A stretch of 64,000 nt of DNA, taken from Thermoanaerobaculales bacterium. GTDB taxonomy: Bacteria > Acidobacteriota > Thermoanaerobaculia > Thermoanaerobaculales > Sulfomarinibacteraceae. The position numbers were made by a program, and so were the translations under genes. The stretch spans positions 1,265 through 65,264 of the forward strand of contig JALOLD010000008.1 of NCBI GenBank assembly GCA_025456145.1, in the 5' to 3' direction. The notes under the pieces were generated by a model. It ran no database searches. It was not told the DNA's origin and saw only the letters and a list, made by a program, of their open reading frames with translations. Below are positions 45,318-53,800 of the stretch, piece by piece. Position 1 is the stretch's first letter. Each line of letters begins with the position of its first letter.

Positions 45318-46524
45318 GACCCTGATCGGCCTCGTCGAGGCGCGACCCCAGGGGCGCGACCGGGTGAGGCTCGACCTGGGCGACCGGTCCCTCGAGCGTA
45401 CCGGACGGACCCCCGGCGAGGTGATGGACGCCGCCTTCTGGGCGGTGCTCCAGGAGGGGTGGCGGTCGGGCTTCGGCGCCGACGCCGACCACCTCAAGAC
45501 GCCCGCCGACGTCGACCGGATGGCCGCTGCCGGCTTCACGATGTTCACCATCGACCCCGGGGACCACGTGGTCGACGCCGCCGACCACATGGGTCCGGAC
45601 GAGCTCGAGGGCGCGTTCGAGGCGGTCCCGTGGGAGGGGCTCGAGACGACGAGGGGAGAAGCTCTCGATCGCTACCAGAGCCGGCAGCTCGACGTCGCCG
45701 CCGAGCTGCGCCTCGCGCCCGACGGGGAGGACGTGCGCCGGGCCTGGGTGAAGTACGGCGCGGCCCTCGCCCACGCCGTCGTCATGTACCGGCATATCGC
45801 CTCCACCATGGGCGATCGCCGCTTCGAGGTCGAGGTCTCGGTGGACGAGACCGCCTCGGTGACCTCGGCCTTCGAGCACTATCTGGTCGCCTCCGAGCTG
45901 AAGCGGCTCGGGGTCGCGTTGGTGGGTCTCGCGCCGCGCTTCGTGGCGGACTTCGAGAAGGGGGTCGACTTCCGTGGCGACCTCGGCGTGTTCCAACGGA
46001 CCTATCTCGAGCACCTGTCCATCGCGGAGGCGCTCGGCCCCTACAAGATCAGCATCCACTCGGGCAGCGACAAGTTCTCGGTCTACCGGGAGATCGGGCT
46101 CATCGGCCGGGGCAGGGTCCATGTCAAGACAGCGGGGACCAGCGATCTCGAGGCGCTACGGACGGTGGCCCTCTGCGAGCCCGGGCTGTTTCGCGAGATT
46201 CTCGACTTCTCACGCTCGATCTACGAGCGCGAGCGGCGGACCTACCACGAGTCGGCCAGGCTCGAGAGGGTCCCCGCTCCGGCCACCGTGGCCGACCCGT
46301 CGCTGCCCGATCTGCTCGACGACGACGACGCGCGCCAGGTCCTGCACGTGACCTTCCGCCGGGTCCTCGCCGAGACCGGGTCGGACGGCAAGCCGCTTTT
46401 CAAGAACCGGATCATGGACCGCCTCGACGCCGACGAGGAGACCCACGAGCGCCACCTGGTCCGCCACTTCCGGCGTCACCTCGAGGCCTTCGGGGTGATC
46501 GGCGACCCGTGCAGGGGCTCGTGA
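45304..46524 (+). CDS. TIM-barrel-like sugar-acid enzyme, possibly UxaE (tagaturonate/fructuronate epimerase) family
   Basis: FGADADHLKT and KISIHSGSDKFS resemble my recollection of that family. Glycerate kinase and a carboxylate-type transporter are neighbours. The assignment is tentative. Confidence 0.45.
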   Translation: MDLRETLIGLVEARPQGRDRVRLDLGDRSLERTGRTPGEVMDAAFWAVLQEGWRSGFGADADHLKTPADVDRMAAAGFTMFTIDPGDHVVDAADHMGPDELEGAFEAVPWEGLETTRGEALDRYQSRQLDVAAELRLAPDGEDVRRAWVKYGAALAHAVVMYRHIASTMGDRRFEVEVSVDETASVTSAFEHYLVASELKRLGVALVGLAPRFVADFEKGVDFRGDLGVFQRTYLEHLSIAEALGPYKISIHSGSDKFSVYREIGLIGRGRVHVKTAGTSDLEALRTVALCEPGLFREILDFSRSIYERERRTYHESARLERVPAPATVADPSLPDLLDDDDARQVLHVTFRRVLAETGSDGKPLFKNRIMDRLDADEETHERHLVRHFRRHLEAFGVIGDPCRGS

Positions 46525-48008
46525 GCTACGACGACCAGCCATCCCCGGCGAGCCAGCGCGGCGCCCGGGTCGGCCGCTGGCTCGGCCCGGCCAGCTTCGT
46601 CGCCCTGTGGCTCGCGCCGGCAGGAAGCCTCGACGGGGAGCCAAAACGGCTGCTCGCGGCGGTCGTGTGGATGGCGGTCTGGTGGGTCACCGAGGCGGTC
46701 CCGCTCGCGGCGACCTCGTTGCTGCCGCTGGTGCTCTTTCCGCTGCTTGACCTGCGCGCAGTGGGGGAGGTCGCCCCCAACTACTCCAACCACATGGTCT
46801 TCCTCTTCCTCGGCGGCTTCGTCCTGGCGCTGGCGGTGGAGCGCTCCGGGCTCCACCGGAGGATCGCACTGGCCGTGCTGGGGGCGGTGGGGTCGTCGCC
46901 GAGACGGCTCGTCTGGGGTTTTCTCCTGACGACCGCGATGCTCTCGATGTGGCTGTCGAACACCGCCACCGCCCTGATGATGCTCCCCATCGCCGGGGCG
47001 GTCACCCGCCGCGTCGACACGCCGGGTGCCGCAGCCCGGGTCTTTCTCGCCGTCGCCTACGGGGCCTCGATCGGCGGGATCGGCACCCTGGTCGGCACGC
47101 CGCCGAACCTGGTCCTGGCCGGGATGGCGCCGAGCCTGGTCCCCGGGATCACGCCGATCAGCTTCGGGGGCTGGATGCTCTTCGGCGTGCCGCTGGTGCT
47201 CGTCTTCCTACCGATCGTCGGGCTGATCCTCGGCCGCGGTCTGGGGCGGGGGGGCGGGGTCGCGGCCGGTTTCGACGAGGAACGGCGCGCTCTCGGTCCG
47301 GTCACCGCCCACGAGCGCCGGGTCGCCGTCCTGTTCTCGCTCACCGCCCTGGCCTGGGTCACTCGGGCCGGTCTCGACTTCGGATCGGTCTCGATTCCGG
47401 GATGGAGCCAGCTCCTCGTCCGGTGGGACCTGCTCTCCGACGCCGCGCTGGTGACCGACGCGGTCCCCGCGATCGCCGCCGCGGTGCTCGCGACCCTGCT
47501 GCCCGCGGGGACCGGCGACCGGCGGCCCCTGCTCCTCTGGAGCGAGATCGAGGCCGGCGTGCCCTGGGGGGTGCTACTGCTCTTCGGCGGTGGCTTCGCG
47601 ATCGCCGACGGGGTTCGGGCCGCCGCCCTCGATACCTGGCTCGCCGAGAGCCTGTCCGGGCTCGCCGTGCTGCCGCTGCCGCTCGTCGTGCTGACAATCT
47701 GTCTGATCACGACGAGCGCCACCGAGCTCACCTCGAACACCGCCACCGCGACCCTGCTCATGCCGGTGATGGCCGCGCTCGCCACGGTCCTCGGCGTCCA
47801 CCCCTACCTGACGATGGTACCGGCCGTCGTCTCCGCCTCCTGCGCCTTCATGCTGCCGGTCGCGACTCCGCCCAACGCCATCGTCATCGGCTCGGGCGCA
47901 GTGAGTATCAAGGACCTCGTCCGCGAAGGCCTCTGGCTCAATCTCGTCGGCGTAATCGTCACCACCGTCCTCGTGCTCACCCTCGGACGGCTCGTGTTGC
48001 CGATGTAA
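46521..48008 (+). CDS. DASS/SLC13-family anion:sodium symporter (di/tricarboxylate or sulfate)
   Basis: WWVTEAVPLAATSLLPLVLFPL, SNTATALMMLP and a second SNTATATLLMP hairpin motif. About 12 TM helices. GTG start overlaps the upstream stop. Confidence 0.8.
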   Translation: MSYDDQPSPASQRGARVGRWLGPASFVALWLAPAGSLDGEPKRLLAAVVWMAVWWVTEAVPLAATSLLPLVLFPLLDLRAVGEVAPNYSNHMVFLFLGGFVLALAVERSGLHRRIALAVLGAVGSSPRRLVWGFLLTTAMLSMWLSNTATALMMLPIAGAVTRRVDTPGAAARVFLAVAYGASIGGIGTLVGTPPNLVLAGMAPSLVPGITPISFGGWMLFGVPLVLVFLPIVGLILGRGLGRGGGVAAGFDEERRALGPVTAHERRVAVLFSLTALAWVTRAGLDFGSVSIPGWSQLLVRWDLLSDAALVTDAVPAIAAAVLATLLPAGTGDRRPLLLWSEIEAGVPWGVLLLFGGGFAIADGVRAAALDTWLAESLSGLAVLPLPLVVLTICLITTSATELTSNTATATLLMPVMAALATVLGVHPYLTMVPAVVSASCAFMLPVATPPNAIVIGSGAVSIKDLVREGLWLNLVGVIVTTVLVLTLGRLVLPM

Positions 48009-48025
48009 TCGGTCGACGAAGAACA

Positions 48026-48175
48026 CGTCGCAACCACCAAGACACGAAGTCACAAAGGCATCGCACACGAAGGGTTCGAATCCTCATCACAGCGATCGCG
48101 GTTGCCCGCAGTCGCCTGATGATCATCCGGTTCTTCGTGATTTCTTCGTGTCTTCGTGTCTTGGTGGTTGCGACG
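48026..48175. repeat. family-A palindromic element (copy A3) with 24-bp perfect terminal inverted repeats
   Basis: CGTCGCAACCACCAAGACACGAAG (48026-48049) / CTTCGTGTCTTGGTGGTTGCGACG (48152-48175). Internal GGCATCGCACACGAAGG is shared with A1 and A4. Lies between the convergent DASS and pepP stops. Confidence 0.9.
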
Positions 48176-48178
48176 GCT

Positions 48179-49567
48179 TCAGTCGTTCGAATCGCGACAC
48201 GCGGCCTCGACCTCGTCGATGGTCTTGGGGATGCCCGGGCCGAGCACCCGGGCGCCGTCCGCGGTGATCAGCAGGTCATCCTCGATGCGGATGCCGCCGA
48301 AGCCCTTGTACCCCTCGATGGCGTCATAGTCGATGAACTCGGCGTGCCGGTTCTCGGCGCGCCACTGGTCGATGAGGGCCGGTATGAAGTAGATCCCGGG
48401 CTCGACGGTGATCACGAAGCCCGGCTCGAGCTGCCTCGTCATGCGCAGGAAGCCGAGCCCGAACTGGCTCGACCGCTGCTCGCCCTCGGGGTAGCCGACG
48501 ATGTCACCGAGGTCCTCCATGTCGTGGACGTCGAGGCCCATCATGTGGCCGATGCCGTGCGGGAAGAAGAGGGCGTGGGCGCCGGCCGCCACGGCGTCAT
48601 CCGGGTTGCCCTTCATGAGCCCGAGGTCGGTGAGGCCGCCGGCGATGGTGCGCGCGGCGAGCAGGTGCATCTGCTTGTTGTCGTGCGCCGGCGAGGCTGC
48701 GTTGATCACCGCCATCTGCGCGGCGAGCACGATCTCGTAGATGCGGCGCTGGCGATCCGAGAAACGGCCGTTCACCGGGAAGGTCCGGGTGATGTCCGAG
48801 GCGTAGAAGAGGGGCGACTCGGCGCCCGAGTCGACGAGCATCAGGTCGCCGTCGGCCAGGGTGTTGTCACAGCTGTGGTTGTGGAGGACCTCGCCGCGGA
48901 CGGTGACGATCGGGGTGAAGGCCTCCCGGCGGCCGAGCTCGAGGGCCCTCGCCTGCATGAGCCCGGCGACCTCGTACTCGGCCCGTCCCGGACGCGCCGC
49001 GCCCATCGCCACCCGGTACATCTCGGCGGTGACGGCGAGGGCGTCCTCGATCTCGGCGACCTCGTCGCGGCTCTTGATCAGCCGCTGGGCGCAGACCGCC
49101 CGGACGAGCTCGGCGGACACGCCGCCGTCGACGGCCCGGGGATCGCCGCCGAGCAGCTCGGCGAGCTGGAAGCGCCGCTCGGCGCGGTAGGGGGGGAGGT
49201 AGTGGACCCGGACCCCGGCCCCGGCCAGCTCGCGGAGATCCGGGCCGAGCTCGGCGACGGCCCGGTGCTCGGCGAAGCCGCCGGCGGCGGCGTGGTCTCC
49301 GACGTGGGGCCGGGGGCCGTGCCAGACGAGGTCGTCGGGATCGTGGGGCCGCCCGTACAGCGTGTCGCGTCCGTCGGGGGCGATGAGTGCGGCCATCCCG
49401 GTCTCGGAGATCCCGGCGTAGTACAGGAAGTGGGAGTCCTGCCGGAACGGGTAGGCGTTGTCGACGTAGTTCTTCGGCGCGTCGTTGTTGCCCAGGATCA
49501 GGATCGCGCCGCCATCGACGGCGGCCCGGAGCTGCGCGCGCCGCGCGCGGTAAACACCAGCGTTCAT
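48179..49567 (-). CDS. pepP: Xaa-Pro aminopeptidase (M24B)
   Basis: N-terminal creatinase-like domain (FRQDSHFLYYAG). Metal ligands in DSGAE..YASDITRT, HGIGHMMGLDVH, VEPGIY, IRIEDD. Confidence 0.85.
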   Translation of the reverse strand: MNAGVYRARRAQLRAAVDGGAILILGNNDAPKNYVDNAYPFRQDSHFLYYAGISETGMAALIAPDGRDTLYGRPHDPDDLVWHGPRPHVGDHAAAGGFAEHRAVAELGPDLRELAGAGVRVHYLPPYRAERRFQLAELLGGDPRAVDGGVSAELVRAVCAQRLIKSRDEVAEIEDALAVTAEMYRVAMGAARPGRAEYEVAGLMQARALELGRREAFTPIVTVRGEVLHNHSCDNTLADGDLMLVDSGAESPLFYASDITRTFPVNGRFSDRQRRIYEIVLAAQMAVINAASPAHDNKQMHLLAARTIAGGLTDLGLMKGNPDDAVAAGAHALFFPHGIGHMMGLDVHDMEDLGDIVGYPEGEQRSSQFGLGFLRMTRQLEPGFVITVEPGIYFIPALIDQWRAENRHAEFIDYDAIEGYKGFGGIRIEDDLLITADGARVLGPGIPKTIDEVEAACRDSND

Positions 49568-49610
49568 CGTGGCCTCCAATCCGCCCGGTCATTATGGCAG
49601 GGCGCGCCCT

Positions 49611-49762
49611 CGTCACAACCACGAAGGCACGAAGGCACGAAGACATCGCACACCAAGAGGTCGGTATCGGATCTCGAGGACCGCGGCACGCCGGGGTCCT
49701 AGAAAGCCGAAGCCGGCTCGTGGCGATCGTATCGAGTCGTGGTGTCGTGGTGGGTGCGACGG
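49611..49762. repeat. family-A palindromic element (copy A4), degenerate right arm
   Basis: CGTCACAACCAC(GAAGGCAC)x2 GAAGACATCGCACACC on the left. GTCGTGGTGTCGTGGTGGGTGCGACGG on the right. Confidence 0.75.
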
Positions 49763-49831
49763 TGCGATGAACGAAAACGCCCGGGGGGTGAGACCCGGGC
49801 GTGAGACGTACTGTTGACCGTCGACGGTCGG

Positions 49832-50797
49832 CTAGCCTCCGGCGGCGGCCTCGAGCTCGTCGAGCTTGTCCGGGTTGGAGGTGGCGATCTCGACGAGCGC
49901 CTTGGGGATGTTGCTCTGCCCGCACATGGCGGCGATCTCGGCGGGGTCGCTGGAGAACTCCATGATCTCGCGGATCGCCTCGATGTGAGCGAGCATCTCG
50001 GCGGGCGGGATGTCCTCGATTTTCGGCCCCTCGGCGGCCGCCTTCTTGGCCGCCGCGGCCTCGGCGGCGAGCCGCTCCTTCTCGCGCAGCTCCTCCTCCA
50101 TGGCCTTTTTGGCCGCGTCGATGGTGGCCTGGGCGATACCGGCGATCGCGACGATCGACTCGGCGGAGACTTCCTTGTTGATGAGGTGCTTGACTCTCTC
50201 GAGATCGTCCTTGCCCTCGACCTCCTTGAGCAGGCCCCTGACCCGCTCGGTCTCGGCGAGCTCGGCGGCGATCGCCGCCTTGACCCCGTCGAGCTTCGCC
50301 TGGTCGATGCCGAGTCGGGCGAGGATGACGCTCTCGGCGACCCTCTCTCCGATCAGGTATCGAATGCCCTTGTCGCCGCCGAGCTCGCCGGCCTTCGCGA
50401 CCATCAGGTCGAGACGGACGCCCTCGATGATGTCGCGCAGATCGCCGCGCCGGTCGAGGTCCTTGACCTCGGGGAAGTCGGCGCCGACCCGGTGGGCAAA
50501 GGCGATGGTCGCCTGGATCGGGTTCGCGACGTCGTCGAGGGTGAGCGCCTCGACCGCGGCGGTGTAGTCGGTCAGGAAGGGCCGGCCGACCTTCTGCCGC
50601 ATCACCGCGGCTCGCCGGAGCAGCATCATGTTGGCGGCGTGGTGCGAGACGTTGTAGCCCTCCTGGTCGAGGGCCGCGGCGATCCGGTGCACCGTCGTCT
50701 CCCTGGCCCGGTCGTCGAAGTCGGCCGATCCGAGCTCGGCGATCTTGCCCTCGATCGCGAGCCACAACGGCGTGCTGCCTGCTGCTGCGCTGGTCAT
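49832..50797 (-). CDS. hypothetical acidic, all-helical protein with central coiled-coil-like A/E/K segment
   Basis: 321 aa. ATG 50797 has GGGAGGAG 5 nt upstream. No recognisable motifs. Lies 99 nt downstream of lhr on the same strand. Confidence 0.6.
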   Translation of the reverse strand: MTSAAAGSTPLWLAIEGKIAELGSADFDDRARETTVHRIAAALDQEGYNVSHHAANMMLLRRAAVMRQKVGRPFLTDYTAAVEALTLDDVANPIQATIAFAHRVGADFPEVKDLDRRGDLRDIIEGVRLDLMVAKAGELGGDKGIRYLIGERVAESVILARLGIDQAKLDGVKAAIAAELAETERVRGLLKEVEGKDDLERVKHLINKEVSAESIVAIAGIAQATIDAAKKAMEEELREKERLAAEAAAAKKAAAEGPKIEDIPPAEMLAHIEAIREIMEFSSDPAEIAAMCGQSNIPKALVEIATSNPDKLDELEAAAGG

Positions 50798-50896
50798 CGG
50801 TGCTCCTCCCATCGGCGTGGTGCGCCGGCCGATCGGGGCCGGCGTCGTCGGGTGGGAAGAATAGCGCAGATTCCGAACCGGGGACGAGCCCGCGTC

Positions 50897-53800
50897 TCAG
50901 TACTTTCGCGCGAGCCGGAGCGAGCTCGGCTGACGGGTGACGTGGAAGCGGCGGGCGAGCACCTCGCGGTAGGGGCTCGCGGGCGCCGGCTCGCCGTTGA
51001 TCGTCTCGATGTCGATCCGTGACATCGGTCTCGCCCGGCGACCGAGCCGGACCGCGAGAAAGTCGAGATAGCCGGCGAGGCCCGGGTCGTCGGGCGGCGG
51101 AGCGATCGTGAGCTCGGCGCCGCGCCGGACCGACACGATGACCAGCCGGCGGCCGTGGAAAACGAGGTGGTTGCCCGGGACCCGTCTCGGAAGGTCCCAG
51201 GGGGCGCCCTCGAGGCCAAGCCCGCAGGGCGAGGCCGGGTCGATGGCGTTGACCCACCAGACGAGGTCCTCGTCGAGGCCCTCGCGCAGCCGGCGGACCG
51301 CCTCGTGGCTGGCGAACTGGAGGCCGTCGACGCCCTCGATGAACCGACCCGCGACGATCTCCCCGGCGAGCTCGAGCAGGCGGAGGGCTCGGAAGAGGCG
51401 AGACCAGCGCAGCTCGGACGGCTCGCGCTCGAGCAGAGCTCGAAAGACGATCCCGTAGCGGTCGAGCACCACCCGCGCCCGGTCGAGGGCCTCGTCCTGG
51501 CGCTGGAGGATGTCGTCGTCATCGCCGTCGCCGATCTCGGGGAGGGCGAACCAGGCGCCGGTGAAGGGGCGATCGCGCCGCCAGCGGTCGAGACCGGCCC
51601 GGCGGCCCCGTCCTCGGGTCACGGTCGCCGACCCCGGCGGCGACGCCGCGAAGCCGGCGGCGAGACCGCTGCGCAGCGCGTCGAAGGTGTCGGACGAGAC
51701 CTCGCCGGCCCACGCGGCCCGCCACAGCCGCCGGGTGAGCCGGCCGCTGTCCAGCCCGGAGCCGCGGACCAGCTCGTCGAAGGTAAAGCGCCCGGCCGGG
51801 TAGGGCAGGATCGCGGCGGCGGGCGTCCCGTCGTCCGGCGCCTCCGGCGCGATGCGGAGGGCGCCGAGCTCGGTCTCGAGGGCGAACATGACCTTGCCGT
51901 TCCCCGCGCCGACCCAGCGCAGGTCGCTGGTCCCGAGCAGGCCGTCGAGCCACTCCGGGTGATAGGGATCGAGGCGGGCCGGGAAGATCTCGGTCTCCCA
52001 CAGCTCGACCGGGAGGGGCAGGCCGAAGAGCCGTTCGAGGGCCTGCTCGAGGTCCTCGGGCGCCGCGTCCCGGGCGCCGAGGCCCTGGTGTCCGGCGAGC
52101 AGCAACGGCAGCGCGCGGGCGTCGACCGGCTCGAGCTCGGGACGGGCCTCGGAGCGCGCCCGGCGGAGCAGCCGCTCGAGGTTCTCACGGTCGCAGACCT
52201 GCGGCCCCCCGACCCCCTCGACGAGCTCGCCGACGACGACCTCCTGCGCCGCCTCGAGCTCGCCGATGGCCATCTCGAGGTCGGGAGGCTCGAGACCCAG
52301 GCAACGGCCCACCCAGGCCGGGTCGACCGGGGGGTAGAAGCGCAGCCACTCGCCGAGCAACGAGGCGAGCTCGCCGAGCCCGGCTGGCTGGTCGGTATCG
52401 TCGGTCTCGCTGGCGACGACCCTCTGTCGAGCCTGCTCGATGGCCTCGGCGGGAGGGTCGGCGCCGGTGATCGGCCGCAGGTCCCGGTCGGTCAGCTCGC
52501 GACCGAGGGCGCGGGCCACCCTGGCGAGGCCCTCGACCGGGCAGACGACGGCCCTGTCCCGGCCGACGCCGACGATCACGACGCGGTGCGCGACGGAGGC
52601 CGCCGACTCGCTCGCCGGCGCCCGGTGATCGCGGTCGATCGCTTCGAGCAGGGCCCGCCACTCGTCGAGCGGGATGAGCACCCGCTCCTTGAGCCACTCG
52701 AGCAGCTCGTCCGGGCCACGGGGAGACCAGCCCGGCGCGAGCCGTTGCAGCCGTTCGCCGAGCTCGGCCGCCAAGCCGGCGGGAATCCGCGGTCGGAGGT
52801 GCTCGGCGAGGGCGATCTCGCGGACCAGGTCCGCCCGGGCCCCCGAGCCGACCGTCGGCGTGTCGTCCTCGTACATCAGCTGGTTGGTCTGCTTCCAGGC
52901 GACCTGCGCCGAGAACGGCGACGGTGTCTCGGTGGCGACGTGGCGCACGACCGCCCGGCCGTCCGCGACCTCGTCGAGACGCCGGCGGAGGACGTCGAGC
53001 TCGAACTCGTCGCGCAGGCAGGTCCGCCAGGCCTCGAGCACGATCGGGAAGTCGTCGTGCCGGCGCACCGCCTCGAGCAGCTCCTTCGACCGCTGGCGGC
53101 TGACCCACAGGGGCACCCGTTTGCCCGGCGCCGCCCGGGGCAGCAGGAGGGCGCGGCCCGCGGCCTCGCGGAAGCGGGCGCCGAAGAAGCCCGAGCGCTC
53201 GAGACCCGACCGGAGGAGGTCGTCGAGGCGCTCGACCGCAACCAGCTCGAAGGGGTCGCCGACGTCGATCGTCGCGGGGTGGACGAGGACCACGCAGTCG
53301 GCGGAGTGGGCGATCTCGGGACGTGCCCCGTAGCGGGCCTCCCAGGCGGCGGAGAGGGCGATCGCGAAGGGCCGGTTGACCCGGCCGCCCCACAGGGTGT
53401 GGAGGACCAGCTGTCGGTAGTCGCCGCGACCGGCGGGGGGAGAGGTGTGCTCGACGATCACGCGGTGACGGTGGGGGAGACAGCCCGTCGCCTCGCGCTG
53501 GGCTCTGAGATGGCGGACCAGCTCGGCAGCCGCCGCGGCGTCGAGCCGATACGAGCGGCGGAGCTCGGCCGCCAGCTCGGGCTCGCCGAGCCGGGCGTCG
53601 ACCGCCTCGAGGAGCTCGGCCATCCGCTCGGCGACGAAGCTCGAGCGGTCGAGCTCCTCGGCCCGCCAGAACGGGGCCATCGCCGATCTCGCCGGGGTCG
53701 GGGTGACGAAGACGTCGTTGTGGGTGATCCGTTCGACCCGCCAGGTCTGGACGCCGAGGGTGAAGGTGTCGCCGACCGAGCGCTCCCAGACGAACTCCTC

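Noticed and set aside
48068-48092. tRNA-like T-loop GGGTTCGAATCCTC
   Set aside because: Only a 3-bp T-stem can form, and no acceptor, D or anticodon arms are present. The motif lies in the core of a family-A repeat, and a related core occurs in copy A1.
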